DNA of 64,000 bases from a candidate division WOR-3 bacterium (GCA_965648915.1 CBFGIV010000002.1:583-64582); one strand, 5' to 3'. Numbered from the stretch's first letter, positions 39,445 to 49,638 are shown. Translations and numbers: made by a program. Notes: generated by a model from the letters alone, not told the origin.

Positions 39445-40592
39445 TTAATTTTGAGTCGGGGCAGTTCAGGTAATTTTTCTGGTCTCAATGCCCGCATTCT
39501 TATCAGGTATGCCTCAATCCAACCCCGCGCCTTATCCGGATTATTTATTGCATAGACTATTGATTCATGGTCCATTGCATTTATCCGGTCATTTGCAGAT
39601 CTTATTGCATCAATTGAAATCTTTATTGCGGTCTGGACATCCATCCTTTCCGGATTTATATCAATCCCGAACCAGCCATTGTAAGAATGCATCTTTAAGA
39701 CATATAAGAGTGCCTCAAATTGTTCAGGTGCCACAACCCCGATATTCAAATCCTGGTCAAAATTTCCCAGTGGCTGGGAATTGAGATGCATATGGGCGAG
39801 TCGGGCTTCGCTCAAAGGAAGAGAATATGCATAGGCAAGGTCTTCATAAGCCATAAGTGCATGTCCAATCTCCGGATTCATACAACACAACTTGTGCCCC
39901 TGTTTCAATAGGGCAAGATTCTTTTTGTTCCTTAAAAGTGATTCCACTTTGTGGCATAATAACATCCCTTCTGCAGTGGTGCCAAAAAGGATTCTGCCCC
40001 GTGGCTCATAAGGTTTTGGTTCAAATGCAATCCGCACACCCGGGACTTTATCCATTGCCTGTGCCAGACCCCGGGCAAATCTGTCCCAGAATTGGAAGAA
40101 GTCAATGCCGAATGGATTTTCATAACCATCAATACCGGGCCAGACAACCGCGAAATCGGTATCAAATTCTCTATTCAATCTCAGGGTTTCTACTGTCAGT
40201 TCAATCGCCTTCTGCCGGTATTTTTCTATTGGATTTGAGAGAGAGCCGAATTCAAAATCCTTATCCCGGAATAGAAGGGGGACGATGGTAACGAGTTTCA
40301 TCCCGGTTGATTTCAAAAATTTCTTCCAGATTTCAAGATTTTTTTCATTTATCTCATTGGGATAATGTGCCTCAAGTCCGGTGAGTCCATAATCCTGGAG
40401 TTCTGCTGCGATATCCAGCCGTCTTCTTATATCTAAATCTTTTTTATATTTATCATGGAATCTTGAGTCGGGTGGAGAGAAATACCAGATGCCTGCGGAA
40501 AACTTTAGATCGAGTTTAAAATCTCTAAGATGTTTAACTAATTCTTCAGGTTTTCTACGAATTGCCTCTCTTCTTATATCAACTAATGGCAT
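39441..40592 (-). CDS. xylA: Xylose isomerase, class I (short type)
   Basis: FEPKPYEPRG, NPEIGHALMA and HMHLNSQ align with class-I xylose isomerase motifs (EPKPNEPRG, NPEVGHEQMA, HIDLNGQ). 383 aa. Confidence 0.75.
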   Translation of the reverse strand: MPLVDIRREAIRRKPEELVKHLRDFKLDLKFSAGIWYFSPPDSRFHDKYKKDLDIRRRLDIAAELQDYGLTGLEAHYPNEINEKNLEIWKKFLKSTGMKLVTIVPLLFRDKDFEFGSLSNPIEKYRQKAIELTVETLRLNREFDTDFAVVWPGIDGYENPFGIDFFQFWDRFARGLAQAMDKVPGVRIAFEPKPYEPRGRILFGTTAEGMLLCHKVESLLRNKKNLALLKQGHKLCCMNPEIGHALMAYEDLAYAYSLPLSEARLAHMHLNSQPLGNFDQDLNIGVVAPEQFEALLYVLKMHSYNGWFGIDINPERMDVQTAIKISIDAIRSANDRINAMDHESIVYAINNPDKARGWIEAYLIRMRALRPEKLPELPRLKIK

Positions 40593-42462
40593 TCTTCCTC
40601 CTATGTTTGTCAGGATCCTGGATTGAGGGCGGTGGTATTACAAGATTTATATCTTCAAATTTTATATTACCCTGTTTACTTATTCTCAAAATTATCGCCT
40701 GATATGGTTTAAATTGTAAATTTATTCCATTATTATGGCCAGCATAATTTATTAAAATTTTTACATTCATATCAGTCTCACAGAACGACTGACCATAGCG
40801 CATAGGATAGGTTATTGACCTTGTCATTGGATGGCTGAAAAAGATTATCATATCCTCGTCAATCTGCCGACACCAGAACTCAGGGATTAAATGTCCTTCA
40901 ATCAGGGGTGGTTTTTTTGCTGTTTTCTGTAATATTCCGCTCACGCTCTTCTGAGAAAATAGTTCTCTTATTAGTGTATCATATTTTTTATCTTTATTAA
41001 ATCCGGGCTGGCTTGGTTTTTTAATGATACAGATTGGGCAACCCATTTTGGCAAGTCTTAGTAAATTTTGTAGTGGCTTAATATCGAGCCAGTCAACATC
41101 AATATAAAGAAGATCAAAATTCATCTGTCCGATTTTCAGACGATTGTCGGCATATTCGGCATTAGCAAGAAAATGGTTCGTCACCCAGAAAGGCCCGAAT
41201 CCTATTAAATGTTCGGGAAATTTTACATACTGCAATTCCCAGTGGTAATGGGCACTTGGACGCTGGAGTTCCTCAGGTAATTCATTCTTTATCCAGGTGT
41301 CTTCAAGGGGTAGATAGACTGCAACCTGACCACAGGGTTTTCCTGAACGCATCAAATTACTCACCTTCTCAAGATATTGATTGAAATCAGGAAGTTCTTT
41401 AACAAAATTGCAATCCGGTCCGGTATGGACTGTAGCATAGAAACGATTTTTTCCTCCGGGTGGATTATAGGGCATTCCGTGCCAGACGATGAAATTTATA
41501 CCATTGGCAAAAAGGGCATCAGCAAGGAGTTTCAAATCGGCAATCTGTTCTTTTTCCTGGTAGGGTCCAGGCCCAGGATATGGCAACCAGCCATAGATAC
41601 AGGTAAATGCCTCAGCCGAAACTATCTCTTTCCCGCTCAATGCACCGGCAGAGGCAGGAATCTGGGAAAAATGCGGATCAAATAACAATGCCTCGCTCTC
41701 GGGCACATCCACTTTTGAATATGCCTCAAGCAAATCCGTCGGTGCACCATGGCACTGGACCCTGGAGATTCCCCCGAGGCGATGGCATATTTCGGTTAAA
41801 GGTAAGTAGAATTCGTTGATAATCAATCGGGCAATGAGTTTGCGATAGTCATAACGCACTGACTGCCTTTTATCAAGGTCACGAATATATAATCTGATAT
41901 CATAACCAAACTCATCCATAAATAAATTTTCAAATCCATCGGTCCATAAAAGTTCGGTATCCACTTCCCAGGAATCACAGAAGAGTGCCGAAGGGCTTAT
42001 CTTTAATGCCGGTTCAAGTACCCTGCCCATTTTTTCGGCATACCTTTCAAGTGCCTTATGGTCGAGATGATTCAAAATAAATCCCTGTTTTGAATGGGCG
42101 ATCTCCCAGGATTTTTCAAGGCGCTGTGGAGAGAGACCATAAAAATTCTTTGCCGCATCCTTTTCTTCAATAAATGAACCACCAAAGGGCCAGGCAGTGC
42201 CAAAGGTAAAATCACAACCCAGACCAATCTTTGTCGCATATTCTTTGGCAAAGGCGACGATTTTGCTCCATTCATCAGAGAGCCATTCAGGTCCGGGCTC
42301 GGAATTGGGCAGGGGATACATAAAGGCGAGTTCCACGCCGCCGAAGTTACTTTTCTTACACCAGTCAAGTTGATATTTTACTACTTCCGGGTCAATTTTC
42401 CCTGAAAACCACCACCAGCGGATATAGGGTCTGGCAGTTTTATATATCTCTTTTAAAATCAT
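40579..42462 (-). CDS. Putative glycoside hydrolase (TIM-barrel type), family unassigned
   Basis: 627 aa cytoplasmic protein in a sugar-catabolic operon, with an N-terminal RPYIRWWWFSG motif. No confident family match from the sequence alone. Confidence 0.5.
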   Translation of the reverse strand: MILKEIYKTARPYIRWWWFSGKIDPEVVKYQLDWCKKSNFGGVELAFMYPLPNSEPGPEWLSDEWSKIVAFAKEYATKIGLGCDFTFGTAWPFGGSFIEEKDAAKNFYGLSPQRLEKSWEIAHSKQGFILNHLDHKALERYAEKMGRVLEPALKISPSALFCDSWEVDTELLWTDGFENLFMDEFGYDIRLYIRDLDKRQSVRYDYRKLIARLIINEFYLPLTEICHRLGGISRVQCHGAPTDLLEAYSKVDVPESEALLFDPHFSQIPASAGALSGKEIVSAEAFTCIYGWLPYPGPGPYQEKEQIADLKLLADALFANGINFIVWHGMPYNPPGGKNRFYATVHTGPDCNFVKELPDFNQYLEKVSNLMRSGKPCGQVAVYLPLEDTWIKNELPEELQRPSAHYHWELQYVKFPEHLIGFGPFWVTNHFLANAEYADNRLKIGQMNFDLLYIDVDWLDIKPLQNLLRLAKMGCPICIIKKPSQPGFNKDKKYDTLIRELFSQKSVSGILQKTAKKPPLIEGHLIPEFWCRQIDEDMIIFFSHPMTRSITYPMRYGQSFCETDMNVKILINYAGHNNGINLQFKPYQAIILRISKQGNIKFEDINLVIPPPSIQDPDKHRRKNAIS

Positions 42463-42691
42463 TCTACCGGATTAGATTATATGTTCAATTATTCCGATGT
42501 CAAGAAGTCTATAGAATATAAAGGAGCACTTTCAAATTGCCCCTTATCAACCATCTATGCTATTTTATCTCAATAGAACTCCTTTCTTGATGAAGCGTAC
42601 CTCAGTGGTACTCAATCGAAAAAACTGTTGACACTCGGTGAATAACAAGTATCATTGTATGCTCTTGGTCTGTTTAACGCAGGAGGTATCT

Positions 42692-44269
42692 ATGAAGAAG
42701 TTTGGCATACTCTTTTTGGTTGGTATGATATCAATAATTGCCGGCGCACCAATTGAATACCTTGTCAGGATTGAATTAAATCCCCAGGGGAGAATATACG
42801 ACCTGGCGGATATGCAGATCTGTATTATTGATGAACTGGATGGTTTCTGTCTGGCAATAATCAGCGATGGTGAATGGGCACTTCTCGACCTGCATAATTT
42901 CAAGTATAAGATACTCGACACCAGTCCCCGGAGTAAGAGTTACTACATCGTCTATCCGGCGCAATGGGTCCCGATTGATAACTTAAAGCCTTATGGTGAT
43001 ATTCTCGATTATGATGGTCAGGCAGTTATCTTCCGAACTGAAGAGAAGAATATCTTTTTCTTAAATATGATGCAGGTCGAATTGAAGAAGGTCTTCTTCG
43101 ATCCGATGGTGATAAAACGCGATTATCAGAGTTTCACTGCCCCACCTTCAAGTCCTTTGATCGATACGCTGATCCAGCAGATGGTCAGCCAGGTCTCGTC
43201 CGATACCCTTCTGTCATTTCTCAATATCTTAACCAAGAACTTCGGTATCAGGTATTCGACCTATCGCGGTTGCTCGCTGGCGGTGCGCTGGTTCAGAGAT
43301 AAATGTCGCAGTTATGGAGCTGACAGTGTCTATCTCCATCCCTATCGGACTAGTTATGCGGAAAATTGCATCGCAATCAAGCGCGGAATCAGATATCCCA
43401 ACTGGAAGCGATATTATGTAATCTGTGGTCATATCGATGCGGTTTCGGTTTCGCCCGGTGCCGACGATAATGGAAGTGGAACGGCCTGCGTGCTTGAGGC
43501 GATTCGGATTATGCGCCGTTACCGGTTTGAGAATGGTATAAGGTTTATCACCTTCACCGGTGAGGAGCAGGGTCTTTATGGGAGCGCGGCCTATGCAAGT
43601 AATGCTCGAACCCAGGGCGACAGTGTCCTGGGTGCACTCAATTTTGATATGATTATGTATCAGCAGACCAATCCCGATACATTAAGACTGGCGATCGGAC
43701 GCACCCGGGCAGATACTGTGCTGTATAATACCTTCAAGGCAGCAGTCGATACCTATACGACCCAGCGGACGATTTGTCAGAGCCTCGGGTTTGGCTCTTC
43801 GGACCATGCCTCTTTCTGGAATAATGGTTATCCAGCATTCTGTGGTATTGAACACCACTATACGAGTAATCCCCATTATCATACTTCACACGATTCAGTG
43901 GGTGCTCCCGGCTATTCAATTCCATTCCTGACCAGTTGTGTCAAGGCAGCGATTGCGGGTCTGGCGCGGCTTGCAGTGCCAATGGCAGCAGGTGTTGAAG
44001 AACTAACTATCCCAGCAGGGGAGATCCCGAAGTTAAAGGTATCACCCAATCCTGCCCGGACCTGGGTTAGATTTCAGATATCAGATCACAGGGATAAAAG
44101 TTTGAGCATAAAGATCTACGACATCACCGGCAAACTGGTCAGAGAGACTGACCAGTTGATCTGGGACTTGCGTGATGATTCGGGTCGACGTCTCCCTGCC
44201 GGTATCTATATCTGCCGGCTGAATACAGAAAGGGAAGAATCGACAGCAAAAATCATTCTGCTGGATTAA
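42692..44269 (+). CDS. Peptidase M28 (Zn aminopeptidase) with T9SS C-terminal sorting domain. The ORF track starts at 42638; the ATG at 42692 has an AGGAGG RBS.
   Basis: M28 Zn-ligand region (GHIDAVSVSPGADDNGSGTA, FTGEEQGLYGS) and a CTD (KVSPNPARTWVRF...KIYDITGKLVR...GIYICRL). Confidence 0.8.
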   Translation: MKKFGILFLVGMISIIAGAPIEYLVRIELNPQGRIYDLADMQICIIDELDGFCLAIISDGEWALLDLHNFKYKILDTSPRSKSYYIVYPAQWVPIDNLKPYGDILDYDGQAVIFRTEEKNIFFLNMMQVELKKVFFDPMVIKRDYQSFTAPPSSPLIDTLIQQMVSQVSSDTLLSFLNILTKNFGIRYSTYRGCSLAVRWFRDKCRSYGADSVYLHPYRTSYAENCIAIKRGIRYPNWKRYYVICGHIDAVSVSPGADDNGSGTACVLEAIRIMRRYRFENGIRFITFTGEEQGLYGSAAYASNARTQGDSVLGALNFDMIMYQQTNPDTLRLAIGRTRADTVLYNTFKAAVDTYTTQRTICQSLGFGSSDHASFWNNGYPAFCGIEHHYTSNPHYHTSHDSVGAPGYSIPFLTSCVKAAIAGLARLAVPMAAGVEELTIPAGEIPKLKVSPNPARTWVRFQISDHRDKSLSIKIYDITGKLVRETDQLIWDLRDDSGRRLPAGIYICRLNTEREESTAKIILLD

Positions 44270-44287
44270 GAGATCATCGATCAATCA

Positions 44288-44320
44288 GGCCCCGCTATTT
44301 TCCCGGCGGGGCTTTTTATT
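44288..44320 (+). terminator. Rho-independent terminator after the M28 peptidase gene
   Basis: GCCCCGC-tattttcc-GCGGGGC stem-loop followed by TTTTTATTT. Confidence 0.6.
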
Positions 44321-44360
44321 TGCTAATTGACAATATTGATAGTTGGAGTAAATTTAAGCG

Positions 44361-46058
44361 ATGAAGGAATGGATCTTGCTGGATCAAACTGCAGATATGC
44401 CGGATCTACCCGGTATTCCCGGGCCAGTATTAAGGGTACTGAAGAATCGCGGATATAATACGAAAGATGCGATTGAGAGATTTCTCAACCCCGAACTTAA
44501 ATACCTCAATTCACCATTCCTCTTTGCAGATATGGAAAGGGCGGTTGAGAGGATTGTCGGGGCTCAAAGGGCGGGTGAAAAGATTCTTGTTTATGGTGAT
44601 TATGATGCAGATGGGATAACCGCAACTGCGATGTTGATTCAGTTTTTAAAAGGGATCGGGATTGATGCCGGATATTATATTCCTCATCGGATAATTGAAG
44701 GTTATGGACTATCAACTCGCGGTGTTGAGTTTGCCCGGGAGCATAAATTTTCGGTCTTGATTACGGTCGATTGTGGAACAAGTTCGGTTGCGGAAATCGA
44801 TATGGCCCGAGCAGCAGGCATTGATGTTATCGTCTGTGACCATCACGAACCGGGTGAGATACTGCCTCAGCCTTTTGTCTTCTTAAATCCCAAGTTGGTA
44901 ACCGCCCATTATCCATTCAAAGAGCTTTCCGGAGCGGGTGTAGTTTTTAAAATGATTCAAGCGTTATCCATCTATTTAAATAAGCCCGAACTTGCGGAAG
45001 ATTACCTCGATTTATGTGCCTTAGGGACGGTTGTCGATGTTGCCCCCTTGATTGATGAGAACCGCATTCTGGTCAGGTTTGGCCTGGAGCGGATGGCCCG
45101 GACTGAGAATATCGGTCTCGAGAGAATAATTGATCGTGCCGGCTTAAAGAATAAGATGCTTACCCCTTACCATTTAAGTTTTATAATTGGGCCGAGGATA
45201 AATGCTGGTGGTCGTATGGCTGAAGCCACGATTGCCTTGAAATTATTTTTAACCGAGGACCATCAGGAAGCTGGCCATATCGCTTCCCGGCTCGAAGAGG
45301 AGAATCAACGCCGTCAACAGATCGAGGATCTTATCCTGAATGAAGCCTTGTATTTAATCGATGAAGAGAAAAAAGACCGAAACCGGGTGGTTGTTCTTGC
45401 CCGTGAGGGATGGCATGAAGGGGTGATCGGGATTGTCGCCTCGAGGATCGTCGAGCGTTTCTATCGACCTGCTTTTCTGATTGCCCTGAAGGATAAACGG
45501 GGTAAGGGATCGGGTCGGAGTATCCCGGGATTTCACCTGGCTCAGGCCTTGAAGTATTGCCAGCAGGAACTTGTTTCCTATGGTGGACACAAACAGGCAG
45601 CAGGTCTGGTGATTGAACAGTCCAAGATTGATGGTTTTGAAACCCGTATCAACGAATATGCGAGTCAATTTCCTGAAGATCTCTTTACCCCCAGGACTTA
45701 TATTGACACGAAGATATCACTCGCCGAGATCGATTACCACCTGGTTGAATTTCTTAAAAAATTTGAACCGACCGGCATAGAAAATCCGACCCCTACCTTT
45801 CTGGGAGAAAGATTGGAAGTGGTTGGTTATCCAAGGGTTGTTGCCAATTCGCACCTCAGGTTTGCACTGCGCGAGAAGAAAAAAGCCCTGCCCGCAATTG
45901 GCTACGGGATGGGTGAAAAGATTGTCGGGTTAAAAGTTGGTCAGACCAGGATCGATGCGGTCTTTACGATTGATGAAGACTCTTTCCAGGGTAAAAGAAG
46001 GATTATGGTCAAGCTCAAAGAAATAAGGGAGTCCCAGGGTGTGGCAGAAGGTGAATGA
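44361..46058 (+). CDS. recJ: Single-stranded-DNA-specific exonuclease RecJ
   Basis: DHH motifs (VYGDYDADGITA, ITVDCGTSS, VCDHHEP) and a DHHA1 region (GGHKQAAG). 565 aa. Confidence 0.9.
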   Translation: MKEWILLDQTADMPDLPGIPGPVLRVLKNRGYNTKDAIERFLNPELKYLNSPFLFADMERAVERIVGAQRAGEKILVYGDYDADGITATAMLIQFLKGIGIDAGYYIPHRIIEGYGLSTRGVEFAREHKFSVLITVDCGTSSVAEIDMARAAGIDVIVCDHHEPGEILPQPFVFLNPKLVTAHYPFKELSGAGVVFKMIQALSIYLNKPELAEDYLDLCALGTVVDVAPLIDENRILVRFGLERMARTENIGLERIIDRAGLKNKMLTPYHLSFIIGPRINAGGRMAEATIALKLFLTEDHQEAGHIASRLEEENQRRQQIEDLILNEALYLIDEEKKDRNRVVVLAREGWHEGVIGIVASRIVERFYRPAFLIALKDKRGKGSGRSIPGFHLAQALKYCQQELVSYGGHKQAAGLVIEQSKIDGFETRINEYASQFPEDLFTPRTYIDTKISLAEIDYHLVEFLKKFEPTGIENPTPTFLGERLEVVGYPRVVANSHLRFALREKKKALPAIGYGMGEKIVGLKVGQTRIDAVFTIDEDSFQGKRRIMVKLKEIRESQGVAEGE

Positions 46059-46704
46059 TAGTCTCTTTGTTTTTAATGGAAAAGAGACGGTAGCAGTTAT
46101 GACTACCAAGAAAGGGAGAAGTGTCTTTAAAAAGGTTCAACAGCAGAGAGAGGTATATTTCTTAAACCAGATTCATTCTGATAGGGTTGTCGATATTGAT
46201 TGCGAAAGGACAACAGTTGGTGATGGACTGGTTACGAGTCGGCGTGATATATTTATTGGGGTAAAGGTTGCCGACTGTCTGCCGATTTATTTTATTGCTA
46301 AAGACCGAATCGGTATTGTCCATGCGGGATGGAAAGGGACTTTGAACAAGATCGCCCTGAAGATGCTTGATAAATTTGATAAAAAACCGGTTTACTTCTT
46401 TGGTGCCTGTATCGGCCCCTGTTGTTACTCAATCGATAAAGACCGATACGACCTTTTCAAAAAAGATTTTCCCGAGGAGATTTTTATCCGGAAAGGGGAG
46501 ATGATATTCTTAGACTTAAAATGTGCCAACCGTTATCTGCTCAAGGGGATAAACGAACTTGCCTCTCTTGAGTACTGCACCTACTGTAACACTAACCTTT
46601 TCCACTCTTACCGGCGGGATCATAGTTTAACTGATCGTAATTACGCACTTTTGAGTTTGATTAACCCTTTGAAATTTCAGGGGTTAATAGGTATCGAGCG
46701 CTGA
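46039..46704 (+). CDS. pgeF: YfiH/PgeF family (DUF152) purine nucleoside phosphorylase / laccase-domain protein
   Basis: DCLPIYFIAKDRIGIVHAGWKG and a C-terminal CTYC motif. Overlaps the recJ 3' end by 20 nt. Confidence 0.75.
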   Translation: MWQKVNDSLFVFNGKETVAVMTTKKGRSVFKKVQQQREVYFLNQIHSDRVVDIDCERTTVGDGLVTSRRDIFIGVKVADCLPIYFIAKDRIGIVHAGWKGTLNKIALKMLDKFDKKPVYFFGACIGPCCYSIDKDRYDLFKKDFPEEIFIRKGEMIFLDLKCANRYLLKGINELASLEYCTYCNTNLFHSYRRDHSLTDRNYALLSLINPLKFQGLIGIER

Positions 46705-46729
46705 CCCCAGGTTGGAACAGGTTTAAAGA

Positions 46730-46757
46730 TTGACAATGGCCAAAAAATGATTATAAT
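46730..46757 (+). promoter_or_regulatory. Sigma-70-like promoter (TTGACA 46730-46735, TATAAT 46752-46757) with a ~100-nt leader before the APC permease gene
   Basis: Consensus hexamers with a 16-nt spacer, read from the sequence. Confidence 0.4.
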
Positions 46758-46858
46758 CGCTGTTGGGTTTTACTCAATATCGCTGAATAAAAATCTCTCA
46801 AGATATTTTCTGTGGGCTACTTATAATTATGATTTGTATAAAAGTTTAATACCTAAAT

Positions 46859-48427
46859 ATGACTAATTCCAAAGTTGAAGCCAAGGCTGAATTGCGGCGT
46901 GATGTTACAATTTGGGGCTCTTTTATGTGGGGGCATGCAGATGTGGGCGCTGATGTCTATGTTGCCCTCGGCCTGGTTATGGCTGCTGCCCAGGGGGCAA
47001 CCAATCTCGCTTTTGCTCTGGCCGGAATTGTCTATATTATGATAGGGCTGGCCTATACTGAACTTGCCTCGGCCTACCCGGTGGCTGGGGGTGGACAATA
47101 TTTTACTTTGAGAGGACTCGGTGATCTGTGGGGTTTTATCGCCGGGTGTGCCCTTCTTCTTGACTATACGATAGATATTGCACTTTTTGCTTATGCCTCG
47201 ACCGGTTATATAAATTTTTTCTTCCCGGCGATTGCGAAGATGTCGGTCACGATCGGCCCTTTTCATGGAGTCAATCCGGTCTGGGTAGGACAGACCTTGC
47301 TGCTAATAGCCTTTCTCATATGGCTGAATATTCGTGGTGTTCGGGAATCATCGCTCTTAAACGAAATCTTGGGTGCAGTCAGTATCATAACCGAGTCGGC
47401 GATTATTATCATCGGTTTTCTCTTTGCTTGGAAGCCTGAACTCTTAGCCCATCAGTGGAAGACCCAGTTTCCCGGATTTCATAACTTTCTATATGGTTCG
47501 TCGCTTGCGATTATCTCTTATGTTGGCTTAGAATCAATCTCTCAGGCTGCCCAGGAGACGAGAAGGCCTGCAACAATTATTCCCCGGACATCGCTCTCTT
47601 TAATATTTACAGTCTTCATCTTTGCTACAGCATTTTCGACCCTGGGTTTGGGCGTTCTCTCCTGGCAGGAGATTGCTGAGGCTGAAGCCAATCCAGTGGC
47701 TAAACTGGCCAGCACCCTGCCGTATATCGGTGCTTTTGCTGGACCATTTTCTGCAATACTGGGGGCGATAATATTGTTAATCTCATCAAATACCGGGGTT
47801 ATGGGGGCTTCAAGGGTGACCTTTTCGATGAGTCAGTTGAATCTGATCAGTCCCTGGTTCAATGAGGTCCACTCTAAGTTCCATACGCCAGTCCGCACAA
47901 TAATCGTCTTCTCCTGTATGGGAGCATTAGAGGCAATCCTCTCGGCATTGACCCCCAGGGTGCTGGATACACTGGGCAATATGTATGCCTTTGGTGCCAG
48001 TTTAGGGTACTTGCTGGTGTTTATCTCTTTAATAAAACTGCGATTTTCCGACCCCTTAACGCCACGCCCCTACACGATGCCCCTCAATATCAAGGCAAGA
48101 AAAAAGGGTTTAGATATTAAGATTCCGATCCTGGGTTTCATCGGGATTCTCGGGGTCAGTGCGATACTTTTTGCCGTAATCCTTACCCATACCATTGGCC
48201 GAATTGCTGGGCCGGTCTGGATCATAGTCTGTCTCGTATATTATGCTTGGTTCAGGCGTAAAAATGGTATGCCGATATTTAAGAGTATTAAACGAGACTG
48301 GGAGAAAGATCAGATTGAGATATTGACTTCAGCAGAAGAGTTTGAACTGGTTGAGCTATACAAACAGGCTCTTAAAGAAAGGGATGAGAATCTGATCAGG
48401 AGCAAAAGCGATGGATCTGCAGGATAA
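46859..48427 (+). CDS. APC-superfamily amino acid/polyamine permease
   Basis: 12 TM helices and an N-terminal WGSFMWGHADVGADVYVALG pattern. 522 aa. Confidence 0.85.
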   Translation: MTNSKVEAKAELRRDVTIWGSFMWGHADVGADVYVALGLVMAAAQGATNLAFALAGIVYIMIGLAYTELASAYPVAGGGQYFTLRGLGDLWGFIAGCALLLDYTIDIALFAYASTGYINFFFPAIAKMSVTIGPFHGVNPVWVGQTLLLIAFLIWLNIRGVRESSLLNEILGAVSIITESAIIIIGFLFAWKPELLAHQWKTQFPGFHNFLYGSSLAIISYVGLESISQAAQETRRPATIIPRTSLSLIFTVFIFATAFSTLGLGVLSWQEIAEAEANPVAKLASTLPYIGAFAGPFSAILGAIILLISSNTGVMGASRVTFSMSQLNLISPWFNEVHSKFHTPVRTIIVFSCMGALEAILSALTPRVLDTLGNMYAFGASLGYLLVFISLIKLRFSDPLTPRPYTMPLNIKARKKGLDIKIPILGFIGILGVSAILFAVILTHTIGRIAGPVWIIVCLVYYAWFRRKNGMPIFKSIKRDWEKDQIEILTSAEEFELVELYKQALKERDENLIRSKSDGSAG

Positions 48428-48632
48428 GATTGATAAGAATGTCTTTAACTGGCGATTGGTCTATCAGGCATTTTCCGGCTTATTATTCATCACCCTCGGT
48501 TGTGTTATCTTTGTTCGGGCTAAAGGATATATTCACTTTTTTAGCGCCGGACTTTTCAGTTCTCTGCTTTTCGCCTACGGGGTTTATCGTATTATCATCT
48601 TCATTAACAATCTGAAAAGGAGAAAAAAATAG
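48411..48632 (+). CDS. Small two-TM membrane protein (hypothetical)
   Basis: 73 aa with two hydrophobic helices and a basic C-terminus. Located between the permease and Usp genes. Confidence 0.35.
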   Translation: MDLQDKIDKNVFNWRLVYQAFSGLLFITLGCVIFVRAKGYIHFFSAGLFSSLLFAYGVYRIIIFINNLKRRKK

Positions 48633-48635
48633 AAG

Positions 48636-49199
48636 ATGAGCCCGACTCCCCAGATAACCTTTCTTGGTGCAGTGATGGCGATTATATTTTCCGGGGCGAT
48701 GTTTGGTATTATCTGGTGGATGCTCCATCCTCCACCCCAGATGTCGCTTTCGACTGCGAAGGCTAAGGTTGCAGTCTCGGCGATCAAAAAAATAATCGTG
48801 CCCACGGTTGGGACGACCTACTCAGAAAAAGCGGTGGAACTTGCCTGTCGATTGGGGAAAGAACAGAAAGCCGAGATAATAATTGCTTATGTCCTTGAGG
48901 TCCCTTTTACTCTGCCGCTGAATGCAGTAATGACCAAGGCCGAAGCAATTGCTAATGATGCGGTTAAACGTGCGGTCGAAATTGTCCGCCATCGAGAATT
49001 ACCGGTGAAGGCAAAGATTGAGCGGGCAAGAAAAGTCGGTGAAGGTATTATCCGTCTGGCTAAAGAGGAAGATGCCGATCTAATCATCATCGGGATCAGG
49101 CCGGTTATCGGTTTACCGGAAAAGATTCTCGGCCGAACTTCAGAGACGGTCCTCAGGCGGGCTCCCTGTGAAGTAATCATTGATCGTCAACCTGAATGA
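48636..49199 (+). CDS. Universal stress protein (UspA family) with an N-terminal membrane anchor
   Basis: N-terminal TM helix, then a Usp fold (KKIIVPTVGTTYSEKA..., DLIIIGIRPV...GRTSETVLRRAPCEVII). Confidence 0.75.
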   Translation: MSPTPQITFLGAVMAIIFSGAMFGIIWWMLHPPPQMSLSTAKAKVAVSAIKKIIVPTVGTTYSEKAVELACRLGKEQKAEIIIAYVLEVPFTLPLNAVMTKAEAIANDAVKRAVEIVRHRELPVKAKIERARKVGEGIIRLAKEEDADLIIIGIRPVIGLPEKILGRTSETVLRRAPCEVIIDRQPE

Positions 49200-49215
49200 G
49201 CATACAGGAGGAAGT

Positions 49216-49638
49216 ATGAAGGCTTTGATTTTAGGTTGTGGTCGGGTTGGTTCAATGCTTGCCAATATGTTAAATGAAAATAAGTGGGATGTGACCGTGG
49301 TTGACTCAGATGCCAATGCATTTTCGGCATTAACTGAAAATTTTTCCGGTCAACAGATCGCTGGTCGGATTGTCGATGAAGAACTGCTGAAGAGTGCAGG
49401 CGTGGAGAATGCAGATATTATTGCGGTTTTGACTTCGGATGAGAATTCCAATCTGATGGCGGCCCAGATTATTCGCCACAAATTTGGTAAGGAGGCAATA
49501 CTGGTGCGGGTCTTTGATCCGGTAAAGGCTGGTGCCTATCGCGAATTAGGATTGAAAACAATCTGCCCGACGGATACAGAGTTATCGATGATCTTAAAAG
49601 AGTTTGGTATAAAAGCGAAGAGAGCGAAGGGAGGGTAG
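49216..49638 (+). CDS. TrkA-N (RCK N-terminal, NAD-binding) domain protein. The ATG at 49216 has a GGAGG RBS; the track ORF starts at 49180.
   Basis: Rossmann motif ILGCGRVGSMLA. 141 aa. Confidence 0.75.
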   Translation: MKALILGCGRVGSMLANMLNENKWDVTVVDSDANAFSALTENFSGQQIAGRIVDEELLKSAGVENADIIAVLTSDENSNLMAAQIIRHKFGKEAILVRVFDPVKAGAYRELGLKTICPTDTELSMILKEFGIKAKRAKGG

